The notes below the pieces were generated by a model. It made no database searches. It had not been told where the DNA came from and saw nothing but the letters and a program-made list of their open reading frames with translations. The translations under genes and the position numbers were made by a program. A stretch of 59,798 nucleotides of DNA, filler included, from Sphacelaria rigidula (taxonomy: Eukaryota), in assembly GCA_964200075.2 (NCBI GenBank). It is 8 parts of 8 records of this genome, joined end to end, with 100 filler letters (N's around TTAATTAATTAA, not from the genome) between each part and the next. Parts side by side here need not be neighbours in the genome. Positions count along the whole stretch, not along the records: positions 37,438 to 44,824 come from CAXNAA020015148.1; positions 44,925 to 52,311 come from CAXNAA020015149.1; 6 more parts are not named here. One strand, written 5' to 3'. This document shows positions 38,608 to 50,800 of the stretch, piece after piece (within the stretch, counting starts at the first letter, position 1; each line of letters starts with the position of its first letter).

Positions 38608-39862
38608 GTGATGTTTTTACTCTTTCAGCAAAAGTAATGCTTTCTTTCCCGGTGAAGAATATTTGGTCTGCACCCAATTGGAGGTGCTGTCTGGGGCGTT
38701 GTGGTGGACGACAGTCGTCTGTAGTACTTGTTGGCTACTTGGTACTCCTTGTCTACTACATACTGTACTGTGCCGAGTCGCAGCTGCGTCCCAATGCACA
38801 GTCGCTCCCCGTGATATACGCGAGCCATTTCATCGCCATGTCCACCTATGCATATTTCCATGACCGGTGGTGGTGTATCTACTGTGTTGGCTACTACTGT
38901 TGTGGTGCATGCCTGATACTGGAGGTATCTCAAACTCGATGGGCGCGCGGTCCCTTCCAAGTACTGTACTGTACAGAGTGTTCCACTCTGATCGAGATTT
39001 CGAAAAACTGTCGAGGGGACAGGCAGGGGGATTCACTGCCAGTGAGTTATTCACTGCAAGTGAGTTATATCTAGTGCCCCCCAGACTGCTGTGCTCAAGA
39101 TGCTACGGCATGATAACCTATTTGCCCGATCCATGTCTACAACACGGTAGTTCACTGCCGCATCAACCGGGGAGTGTAGCTTGAACAATTGAGTCGCTGA
39201 GTTACACATGTGCTGTGTCGTATACATGTAGGAGACATGATTTGAAATTTTGCATTGGCATCCACGCACAATTCCCACGAAACGGCGTCCACTGCAAGTG
39301 CACACCGTACTGCAGAGCCAAGGCAGAGCAGTGTAATATTATAGTTGTATCAAGATCATGACAGCTCGCCGTAGCTCAAGAAAGATGTTGGTAGTGCTGA
39401 CATGCAGTGTCCGCCGCGCCTTGGTGGTCTAACTTCGAATCGCGCGAGCGTAACTAGCGGAGTGAAGAAGAGAAGGTGGGTGACGATTCCTCCCAGATGC
39501 CTTGGGTTTTCGAAGATATGACTCCCATCGTCGAAAGGAGGTATACTCGAAAAGACGAGAGATACTTGACTGGGTTTGAGTTGACAACGAGCGAGAGTGC
39601 TGACCCCATCCACTAGATCAACATGCAAGGCGTGTACCGGGGAGAGTTGGATCGATTCCTTGACACCACGAACTCGTCGCGAAGAGGAGGAGTTCCAAGT
39701 GAGGAGAAAAGAGGTGTAGTTACACAAGAGAACTCAGTACACACAGCACGGCACAAACCGTGCGAAGTCAGCATCCTTAGCCGTGCAGGATCCTACTACA
39801 GTAACCTGACTCCTACGTGTCCTCTCGTGATGATTCATCTGTATTGTGTAATTTTTTTGCAG

Positions 39863-39953
39863 CAAATATCCTGTGGAGTGGACAGGCGCCTCGGCAGACG
39901 CGCGATTCGAGATCGACCTAACCTACTGCGGCTCCTACTCCTTCTGTTTTGAT
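39863..39953 (+). CDS. Secreted two-repeat Ig-like protein, exon 2
   Basis: tttttttgcag|...|gtgagt, phase 2 to 0. Encodes SKYPVEWTGASADARFEIDLTYCGSYSFCFD. Confidence 0.88.
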
Positions 39954-40141
39954 GTGAGTAAAGCACTTCTGGAATACGGCACCATGATCGCTCATCTACT
40001 CCTTCTCCCATCATCAGCTCCATGACGCAGTCGTGGTTGGTCACACGATCGAAGAACGCGATCCGACCGCTGCAGATGCCCGCAACAGTATGCTAGAATT
40101 GTTGGGCTCGGATCATGTATTACCGTTCTAAGGTCGGAGTC

Positions 40142-40383
40142 ATTCTATGGCACGGGTTGCATATTTGGGCCCAGGTCTTCCTCATTCAAGGGTTCAAAAC
40201 GTTACCTCACAACATATTGCGCCAGGACATCCCCTGTTTTCCTACCTGTGGGGGATATCCCTGGCCCATTGAAAAGCTGATCGTGGCGTGCTCGCAGATA
40301 CTCCGTGGGGGGGGTTCGGGTAAGATAGAGGGCTCCTTACCGTCCGAACCTCAGAAAATATCTGTGCACCCCTCCTGTAGCAC
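40142..40383 (+). mobile_element. MITE family A, diverged intronic copy
   Basis: Right end cctcagaaaatatctgtgcacccctcctgtagca matches 30861-30894. Confidence 0.6.
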
Positions 40384-40761
40384 CACTCGCCGTAGATCCT
40401 TGGGTGGTGAGAAAGACTCGACTTCTTGCTTTTGTAGATTGAAAATGAGAGCATCCGTCACCCGTGTGGAACCGATTGGTTTTTGACCCCCCACCTCTCT
40501 TCTACACCTCACTGATGCCCACACCCCCTCCGTACCAAAGACCCCCACCGACGGAGGCACTCCGCCCCCGCCCAGCCATCCCCCCATACCAGCGTGCTCT
40601 ACTCTCATGGTGCTGCTTCACGTTGTTGGAACTCCTTTCGTGCAAGGCGATCAAACGAGCTTGCGCAATTGCCCGCATGTATGATGAACGGTTAGCCGAA
40701 CATGAACCGGATACTTACTGCTTTTGTCGCTTCCATGGACGCCATCCCTGCCTGTGCACAG

Positions 40762-41070
40762 GACAACTGCGGCTTTCTCTTGGAAAGCTTGTGTCCAGAT
40801 GAGGAGGCAGGATGCGCCCAGGACGCGGATGGTGGCTACAATGCGATGATGCCAGAGCCGCTGGGGAGGCAATCGAGCGGTGGCTACAGGGTGCGAATCG
40901 CGGAAATCGGAGGCGGCGTGGATTCGGTTCGGTGCTCAGACGACTTTTTCTTGATGGCATCCACGGATGTTTATATGACCGGCCAAGTGGGCGGGCCTGG
41001 GCCTAGCTTGGCTGTGACATCTCCAACGGCGGACTCAGTGGCACTTTCCGGGGAGGAGTACACCGTCGAG
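40762..41070 (+). CDS. Secreted two-repeat Ig-like protein, exon 3
   Basis: cacag|...|gtgggc, 309 nt, phase 0-0. Encodes DNCGFLLESLCPDEEAGCAQD...GYRVRIAE...CSDDFFL...LAVTSPTADSVALSGEEYTVE. Confidence 0.9.
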
Positions 41071-41271
41071 GTGGGCAATTCGAAAAAATAGAGTTGCAAG
41101 GTAACCAGTAAGCATTGTCTTTCCTAAGCTACAGAGTACAGGAATAATGGCTCACCTGCGCACATGGTCGCGGCATACAGTCTATCCTGACGCCCGTTTC
41201 CGTGTGCATCTCGAAACTGTCGATGAGCGACTCCCTCCCATCCCATCCCTCGGCCGCGTGTTGCGGTTCAG

Positions 41272-41407
41272 TTTGACTATGACAACGGGTTCGGCGGTTC
41301 GGTGGGACGCTTCAAGATCGACCTGTACGCCAGCGGCGGGAACGGCGATTGCGGAGATTGGGTTGGTTCCGTGTGCGACAATCCAGACAGTGGCTGCAGA
41401 GATTCGG
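41272..41407 (+). CDS. Secreted two-repeat Ig-like protein, exon 4
   Basis: ttcag|...G|gtgag, phase 0 to 1. Encodes FDYDNGFGGSVGRFKIDLYASGGNGDCGDWVGSVCDNPDSGCRDS. Confidence 0.9.
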
Positions 41408-41774
41408 GTGAGAGGCAAACACGACTGTGCCTTTGTCCCGTTTTTCGAAAAAAAAGTGACGTCGGCGTAGCCCGGAGCAAGATTAGTTTTCCCCCCGACC
41501 TCGTCACACGTCGGGGGATAATCGTGTTTCATATGAGATGAAAAACGCAACTGGAGCGATGCTGGAAGCCACCGCTAACTCTAACCGAAGCCTGCACGTG
41601 GAGCACACGCGTATGAAATGACATTTTGCACCACAGCACCCCATTCCCGTCGCGATCGGCATTACACTTGCAAGCTGAGGTTGTGAAATGCATCACGTGC
41701 TGAATGCCTCCTTACCAGCACTCCCGATCGCCTCCGTCTTCCCTGTGCTGTGTCGCTTTTTGTCTTCCGAGCAG

Positions 41775-41974
41775 CCGGCAACTACGACATCGTGATGCCA
41801 ACCGTAGATCAAGCTGGCATGTACAGCATTCGCGTGGGTGTGTTCGGCGATGACTCCGTCTACGCTTGCTCTGAGGAGTTCGAAGTGTTGCCTTCGAGCG
41901 ATAGCATGCCGTCATCGAGCGATGTCATGTCATCGAGCAGCGTGGGCTCCGATGCTTTTGTATTGAATCGGTAG
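41775..41974 (+). CDS. Secreted two-repeat Ig-like protein, exon 5 (terminal)
   Basis: gagcag| phase 1. Encodes AGNYDIVMPTVDQAGMYSIRVGVFGDDSVYACSEEFEVL, a Ser-rich tail and TAG. Spliced CDS is 858 nt (285 aa). Confidence 0.88.
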
Positions 41975-43570
41975 TGTCACGGCCCCCACCAAAAGTTGTT
42001 GATGACGAGTGTCGATTTTCTGGGCGAGATCACCTTCCTAGTCCTATCGGTGGATCTTGGGGACCAGAACGGCACATTCTGTGCTCGATGAGTGCCAGCC
42101 AGCATCTTGCCTGTCCTGCGTCCTTTCTGTATGCTCGTTTTCCGAGCATCTGGCAACTACGCCATCGATTGGATCGGACCATCGAAGAAGGTAGGCTGGT
42201 AGACGATACTGCTATCTTTGTGTTGATCGTTGTGTTGAATCGGTGAGAGCCCGGCTCGCCCACGTTGTTGATGCCGAACTGTTGAATGTTCGGAGCGAGA
42301 GCACCTACCTGTAGTACAGGTGGAATCTGAGACCAGTGCAGTACCCTCTGTGCCAGATGAGTGCCGCCAGCCTGTTTGCCTTGGATCGGTATACGTGGGC
42401 ATGTGAGACCTTTGCTATTCGTTTTTTCGAGGTGGATTGCGTTCATGTAGCAGTGCGCGTGAACGGAACGCGTTACTCCAAACGGAACAGTATGTTGGGT
42501 ACATGCTTACCTCGGCGCGAGTATGGTTTTGGGAGTGTTTGGCGCGGCGAGAAGGATGAATGTGGTTTAATGCTTCCCCTGATGCTGGGGTCACAAAAGT
42601 GGTGTGTTGTTGGGGTTGCGTACATAGAGTAGAACAGAAGCCCTTGGGCGACGAAGTTGTATGATGGAAAACTCTTGGGTTTTCAAGCGAGGAACGGTTG
42701 TGTTTTCGTATACTGTAGATATCGGGAGGTGCATGTGAGGTTCGATGTCGGTAGTGGTTTTGCTGAATGTTGGCGAGTAGCGCAGCTGTCCACCGGCAAG
42801 TTCAACTATCAAACACGATTTTAGAGTGATTCAATTTGTCATCTGCCGGTGCGAAATGCAATTGCAAGTCTCGTGGAGAATATTGTCAAGCATGTTGGAG
42901 CAACAAAGTGTTGTCAAATGTTCATTGATCTGTGAGGTCGATGACTCTGGCTTTTAACACCCGGTAAATGATCTTTTCGGGACCTGAATGCTTGAGCGGA
43001 GCGCCGCAACCATCTGGAGGCCCTCATCGAGGCTGTGTTCGCTTAAGTGGGGGGATATCAGGGTGAAATCCAACTTGGACCCCCCTTCTCAAAAAAGCGG
43101 AAACAGTACCGATTTCGCTAGAAGTGCACATTCAAAATAAAGTGGAGGGCGCTTACTCAATGACCTCCAGTAAGGAGGACAAACAAAACAGAAAAGATTG
43201 AAAGTACTGGGAAAATAGTTTGGTAGCCAGGGTATGACCGGGACCATTTCGTATGGCTGTGTCTTCCGGTACGTACTCGTACTCAAAATACCAGGGACTC
43301 TAGTACTCGGGCACTCCGGTATTACGGTAAAAGCTTGAGTTTTTTTCATTTTCGGGTAAACGATGCCCTCACCAAGCACTCTCCAGGTAACTGCGTAGGA
43401 AGGCATGCGGACCGGTCCACATCTGGTCTAATGCGAATGAATACCCCAATTCAAAGACAAGTTGTCGCAATCCTCATTTTGCATTATTTTGCAACTTCGA
43501 GAGTTGGTGTATTCGAGGGTCGAGCGATTGCATGCGGCGGGGTAGAAGATTGACAACCCTGAACCGCCGC

Positions 43571-43840
43571 GCCCCGGTGGTGTAATGGCCCGAATGTCGC
43601 CACAGGGGTGGAGAGAACGAGGGTTTGAGTCCCAATTTGTTGGGGTTTTTCGTAATGTATGATTTCCACCGTAGAATGCGTGAGAACATGAGTAAACAAA
43701 GTAGTTGCCCGAGGTTGGACGTGAGTCGGCGCGGTGCGGGAGTGCTGACCCAATCCGCGAGACCACAAAGAAAGACATGTACCGGGTAGAGATGGGTTTG
43801 TACCTTGAGACCACGGACTCGGCCCGAGGAAGAGGAGGGG
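43571..43840 (+). mobile_element. Second tRNA-derived SINE family copy
   Basis: gccccggTGGTGTAATGG (A box)...GGTTTGAGTCC (B box). Head shared with 37515-37620 on the minus strand. The 3' limit is uncertain. Confidence 0.6.
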
Positions 43841-46800
43841 TTTAAAGTGCTACAAATAAAAGCAAATAAATGATGAAATCAAATGAACCCACACTGGGAT
43901 ATCGGGTGCTCCTCCCACCCCCCGTCCGTATGCATGGGTGGCAGTTTCAACTTGTGGGCAGCCTGAAGTCGATGCAAATCCAACACTAAACCAAGCACTT
44001 GCTGTCTGAACGTTCAAGTCAAACGGTTTCGAACAGCATGGTGAACACACGATTGATGCAGATTCAAACACTGAAGTACCATAACGCCAAATACCGTTTC
44101 CACGTTGGACACGATTCACTTACAGTGCACCCCAGGTCGAGTAGGTACAATACTGGTACAAACCACATCAAACTCGTGCAGTGCTTCACGGAATACTACC
44201 AACAACTGTTTGGCCGCACTATACATCTAGTGATTGTCGACGCCATACGGCCACTAGGAGGCGAGAGTGAGAGCTGATTGATGAACCCAGAGTACAGAAG
44301 TGTCCTGAGGGTGCGGCGGGGGGGCTGGTTGATCCCATGAGAGCACAACCTTTCCCAAGGGGGACCAGTTAAAAGTATGACCGAAAAATACCCGTGTGCG
44401 TAGACGCCACCGCATAGAAGGGGGAAATTGCTACGAGTGTCTATCGACGTCTCCTCACGCTCTGGTGTCGATTGGCGACGCCATGAGATGATTCCGTATG
44501 AATCATGACCAGGAGATCCGGGGTTCTAATGGCGGCCTCCATTGATGTGAACGGCATACAGTACAAAACCCTCAAAGTCAGTGAACAAACCAAGCCTTGA
44601 GGGTGGAGAGGAATATACGACAGAGGGTGGGGGACTCGCAGGTAGTGTTGCAAACTCGCGGAGGAGTCTTGTGAGGAAACTGTTGCCTTAAAAACCAAAC
44701 GCAGGAGACTTATGAGCAGGAGGTGCACAAATCCCCATACCTGTAGCGGGTGAAAAGGGTTTCGACGATAAGCCTTTTCTCGCGAAGAACGTGCAAAAAG
44801 ACCTATACATGATGGGATGGGGGCNNNNNNNNNNNNNNNNNNNNNNNNNNNNNNNNNNNNNNNNNNNNTTAATTAATTAANNNNNNNNNNNNNNNNNNNN
44901 NNNNNNNNNNNNNNNNNNNNNNNNTCACCCCTCGTGATCTCGTTTTCGGACTCTTGTTTTCGAGAAAATCCCAGATATTTCTATACCTCGTTTGGATCTT
45001 GGACCGTCATATCCCATCCCTGCATCAGTCAAAATGTAGAAATAATGAATTCCTCGACACTCTTGCAGTCCACCTGCACCAGTTCTTCGAAAAAATTGGA
45101 CGCATCATCCACATGCTCCTTCTGACATGAACGACAAGCCTGTCACGTGCTCGTTCAAACACGTGACAGTCCATACAAAAACGTGCCATGGTCAAAGATC
45201 ATTGATGCATGCGCGCGTAATGTCTTTATCTTCAACCGCCGGAAGCACTCGCGTCATACCTGCTCACATACGACGAGACTACGCATTTTATGTCTTTCAA
45301 GTCATTTCCACGCTAACAGCAGGTGTCACCGTCTCCTCCAGTCAGTGCGAGCCTACGCATTTCGTAGTGTTTTGCTCATTTTCACTCTAACAGCAGCAAT
45401 CCATATACCGTGCAGTCAGTACGTGCAAACCGCACAAATATGATTAGACTGTGTTTCTGCGCGAACAAGATTATACGAGCTTCTCTTCATTGAGCGTACA
45501 GAAGGATACTAAAAACTGCCCCACCCTAGGTCGTCACCAAATACCATTCATATCAGTACCATTCGAGCAAAATTCGCACATACCTGCCAAAATTACACTC
45601 AGCATATGAAAATCCGCACATGTATGCCAGCATTTTACTCAGCACATGCAATGCCACCTTCCTCCTTGTAAACACCATGCATCGCCCGTTCCAACCAGAT
45701 CAGCACAACACACACATGCCAAATACCCACGTGTACGCCAGAGTTTTACCCTGCACACGCGATACGATCATACTCACTTAACAACCATGTTTCATGCGCA
45801 AATATGACCACAAACCACACAATAACAAGCTGCAATCATTCTCAAAACGATTCGCGAATACCAGTCATACTGTGTTTCCTCATTCTGAACAAGCACTCAA
45901 TCACCTCAGCACTTGCTCCTCAACATCAGCACCCAACGCGGCGCTCACCTCAACAGCAAACACCTCAGGTAATGCTTTCTTTGCAGTATTCCAGCCCGCT
46001 CCTGAGAAACAGCAGCACTCGAACCACAACCCCATGCACAGCGTAGAGCAGCTTTCCCACTCGAACACTCGCTCCTCGCGCCATGAGTCCAGCTACAGCT
46101 CGCACCCTCGTGGAGCCGCTCAGCTCGCCAATTAACGGTATATCCGCACCACCGAACCAATGCGACAAGCCATCTGCCTCCATAGATACCATGGTAGTCC
46201 TGAACACCTGTGCTTCAGTCAGTTTTACAGAGAAAACCAGAGGCGAAACGGGAACATCCACACAGTCCCGAATAGCAACACCTCCTGATGGCGGTACGGC
46301 ATCCTCCTCAAATACCCCGCGGCGCAACGATGGAGAAACCTCCGCCATCGCCGTCAAATATGCCAAAGCTGTCCATGTGAACCGCAGGGCACACGACCAC
46401 CCCAACACCACGCCACGCTCGTCGTCGCCGTCAGAATTGTGATTGCTAACAGCATCACGAGCTTGGAGCTCACTCTGCGTACCTGCTTCACGCGGGTCAC
46501 ACGCCCCTGTTGTTTCGATCATGCAAGGCGTGTCCACAGCTACGCGCTGGTCCGGCGGCAATTTCGCCAACCCGGCATCCACCTGTCCTTCAAGCAGACA
46601 CCGCTGCGAATTATCTGAACGATCTCCCACCATGTCACTGACGTAGATAGATTTACCATGAGCACGGCAAGCTCCTTGCTCACCCTGCTCGTCCGCAATA
46701 CGCGAATAACACCCACCCTGCAGCTGGTCCGGCGGCAACAAGCAACTGGGACTTCCACCCACTGGTACTTGCTTATTGTCCCATGTAGGCCTCGCCCTCT

Positions 46801-47074
46801 CAACATTGCCAACAGCAGCAGCAGTATCACCCATATTCGCTACAGCCGCCACCTCCTGTCCGGCTTGCTCCTTGACGGCAATAGCGGCAACGCCTCAAGC
46901 GCTCTCGTTGCTGTGCCGTCCGACTACCGATGGCTGTGTGGCTTATTCGTCTCTTCCAACAGCACTGCCAGCGGCTGCTAATCCAGCACCGACTACTGTA
47001 CTCTCACTGTTCTTGCTGCCCAGTGCGTCTCTTCGGACAGACATGTATCGTCACCTTCGCGCCCCTTAAAGTGG

Positions 47075-47460
47075 CACCGCGTTGTTGCTTCAGTCGCGGG
47101 TGAGCTGCTTCTACTACTGCACGCTCAGCAGGTGCACTATCGTGCCCGTCCCCTCGGGCAGACACATGCCTCTCGGCTTTCACGGTGCAAGCATCTGCCC
47201 TGTATCGTTGCTTCAGATGCGGATCACCTACTGCACGTTCGGCGGGTGTACTGTCTTGCCTGTCCCCTCGGGCAGCCACATGTTTTAAAGGCTTTCACAG
47301 TGCAAGCATCTGCCCTGTATCGTTGTTTCAAACGTGCACCACCTACCGCACGTTCGGCAAGCGCACGGTCGTGCCTGTCTCCTCTGACAGACACATGATT
47401 TTTGCTCTTGACAGTACATGCGAGAGCGCTCTCATGCCTGTTCCCTCTGACAGACACGTG
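47075..47460 (-). repeat. About 114-bp tandem repeat (about 3 units), coding-like
   Basis: Units read HVSxRGDxHDxAxAERAVGxxxLKQRYRADACTVKA on the minus strand. Confidence 0.75.
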
Positions 47461-47833
47461 CTGTGTGACAAGTATGCGCTTCACAGTTCGATGCACCCCA
47501 CAGGGCGACGCATGCTTGCGCAACGCGAAAAACACCTGCTCGCTCTCAAACGAGCATGTTTCAAGAACGTATCACGCAGACACTTCGCAATATGTTTCGG
47601 CATGAGGTCAGAAATGCTGCCACCTCCGAGAGATTCGTCCATCGCGCGTTCACCTGATCGACATCTCGCAAATATTTCTCGTATTTCCGTAAATACTCGG
47701 CAGATTTCTCGATCGAAAAACTGCGGCCGTAGTACGGCACCTCCAGCGCCAGTACAGGAACAACACGGCCATCGACGATGACATATTCCTGCGCCTCATC
47801 ATTTTGAACAGTCGAGCGGACTGTGCCGCTACC

Positions 47834-50800
47834 TGTGAACCTGCCTGGAATCAGAACAAGATTACAGTGCTGCTCCACAGGCTTCCTCCCTGTCCAAGGC
47901 TCCAGAGACTTCAAGACTTCAAGCAGTTATAGAAACAGCATTCTTCGTTTACCAGAAGTGATCGACCTACCTCGTTCTGTATATATCATACATCACAGAG
48001 TCCGCCGATCATACTCTCAGACCCGGTATCCATCAACCAGCATATAAACGCCTGCTACGCATTTCTCCACTGCAGTAATAGGTAACAATGTTGCCCGGAG
48101 TCTACAGCACCCCCAAAGTAGTCAACCTAGAGCGTGATGAACTCAGACATCATGGTTGCCGAAGTTTATCGTCAATCCTCACATAGAGTGGCAATCTTTA
48201 CCACAGTATTCGATGACAGCCGTACAACTTTGTCCAATTTCAGAACAACTCGCAAGATATCCATGATGTCCATCATGAACACGCAATCACGCTACTCGCA
48301 TCGCTCCGAGTCACGGAGCGATATCTGACGCCCAATTTTCAAACCCATGCCTCAAACAAGTTCCCCTGACTCCAAACCGGCAAAAAATGTAAACGTCAAC
48401 GAACTTCAAATTCTGGAGCCATCGTGACAATTTGTCTCTCGCATTCGATACCGTTCAACATACAAATTCCTCTTTCGTAAGTTCAATACCTGCGCAACGG
48501 AGTGCAACAGCCAAGTAATATACCTGAAACTAGAATCAAATATGTACCCAACACGTCTAGAACGCAGCTGGCCTCTTGCTTGTTCAACTCCCTCAAAACG
48601 TATGCCTCGAACACCTCTTCTTCGTGAAAGCTTCATTGCCCCACTCAACTCATGAGTATACTACAAAAAAGAGAGAAGCCATGGCTCAAAGCGCATTTCA
48701 AGCCATGCATACCACTCCAACAACGGCAAACGGACCTCGACCTCCGCCATCATTGGCAACCCGTAGTGATGTCGTTCTCAAACTCGTTTTTACCGAGTAC
48801 ATCCCAGAAAGCACCCAAATATAATGTCCCAACTTGGATCTAGGACCGTGATATCCCATCGGTCAATCAACCGCGATAGGCCATATCCCAGCAGACTTGC
48901 ACCTCACCTACACCACTTCCTTAGACAAACGAACGCTCCATCTACATGATCCTTCCAGACGGAATTGAAATATTCCCTCAAAGGAAGTTCCATAGCCAAA
49001 GATCAGTCACCTTTAGCCACAAAAACGCTCGCATTTTCCTTGCGCACATACGAGCCTACGCATTTCGTAGCTACAGGTCATTTTAACGCCAACAGCAGCA
49101 ATCACCATCTCCTACAGTCAGTACCCACAAACTGCACAAAGAGAACTCCGCCACGGGTCTGTGTGAGCAGGAATATACGAGGTTCACGTTATCCAGCATA
49201 CAGCATTATGTTGAAATTTTCCTCACCCTGACTCTTCGCCAGTTACCATGCGCACTAACATAATATAGCAAACATTCCACACATGCATGCCAGCATTTCA
49301 CCCAGCACATGCAATGCCACCTTCCTCCTCGTAAACACCATGCATCGTCCGTGCCAACCAGATCAGCACGACACACACATCCTAAATATCCACGTGTACG
49401 CCAGAAGTTCACCCTGCACACGCGATACGATCATGCTCGCTCAACAACCATGTTTCATGCGCAAACATGACCACAAACCAGACAATAACAAGCTGCAATC
49501 ATGCTGAAAACGATTCGTGAATACCAGTTATAATGTGTTTTCTCATTCTCAACGAGCACTCAATCACCTCAGCACTTGCTCAGCACCCAATGCGGCGCTC
49601 ACCACAACAGCAAGAACCTTAGGTAATGCCTTCTTTGTAGTCCTTCAGCCCGCTCCTGAGGAACAGCAGCACTCAAACCACAACCCCGTGCACAGCGTAG
49701 AGCAGTCTTTCCTCTCGGACACTCCATCCTTGTACCTTCAGTCTCGCCACACCTGGCACCCGCATCGTGTTGCTCAACACGCCTCTAAAAGGTATATTCG
49801 CACCGCCAAACCGATGTGATAAATCCTCTGCCCCCACAGATGCTTGAGCATCAGCAAAAGCTCGTGCTTCACTCATTTCTTTAGAGAAAACGAGAGGCGA
49901 AACGGGAACAGCCATACAGTCCCGCACAGCGACGCCTCCCGATGGCATCACACCATCCTCCTCAAGCACCTGACCGTGCAGCGATATAGACACCTCAATC
50001 AACGCCGCCAAGCACGACAAACCTGTTGATGTAAGTAGCAGTGCATATTACCACCCCAACACTACGCAACACTGGACGTCCCTGTAGGAATTATGACCGC
50101 TAATAGCATCACAAGCCTGAAGATCGCTCTGCCTACCCGCTTCACGCGGATCACACACCCCTGCTGCTTCCAGCATGCATGGCGTGTCCTCAGCTACACG
50201 CTGGTCGTGGAATACAAGTCTGTCGCGCGGATCTAAACCCATCAACTTGGAATCCACCTCCCCTTGAAGCAGAGATTCCTGCGGGGCTGTACTTGCTCCC
50301 GCCGGAGGATCATAAGCATCGCACCTGTGACAAACTCAGCCCACACATCGCCAACAGCCTCGGGGCACTGTATTTTGGTTGGGCGCGCTATTTGGCTCAT
50401 CAGCGGCTGCTGCAGCCGCGGCGCGTCGGCCAGCCGCTGACAATAGTTTCGCTGTGCTTGGCAATATCAGGTGCTTAATCCTGAGCCTTGCCATGTCAAA
50501 ATTTGAAAGAAATGTAGAAAATTTCCAGCTGCTTCCCAAGCACAGAAACTGCAACTCTACCCGTACACCAAGACGAGCTTTATCAGTAGCACTATGGCGA
50601 CCACAGCACCTCTTTTCACGCAGCTCTGTGACAGTTTAAGAGACAACCAACTAGACTACTGATCAGTCAGCGTTGTCTCTTAAACCGTCACAAAAATTAG
50701 TCGCTGGTTCGATTCCCGTCGGACGCATTTTTTTTAAAGAAAACAAAAGGAGAGAAAACCTCTGTAAAAATTGGCCCCAAGGAGAGAAAATCTCAGCAAA

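Noticed and set aside
43848-44824. Possible LTR and 3' region of another gypsy element on the minus strand
   Set aside because: Only a 3-bp terminal repeat and loose resemblance to the first element support it, with no partner LTR or coding motif.
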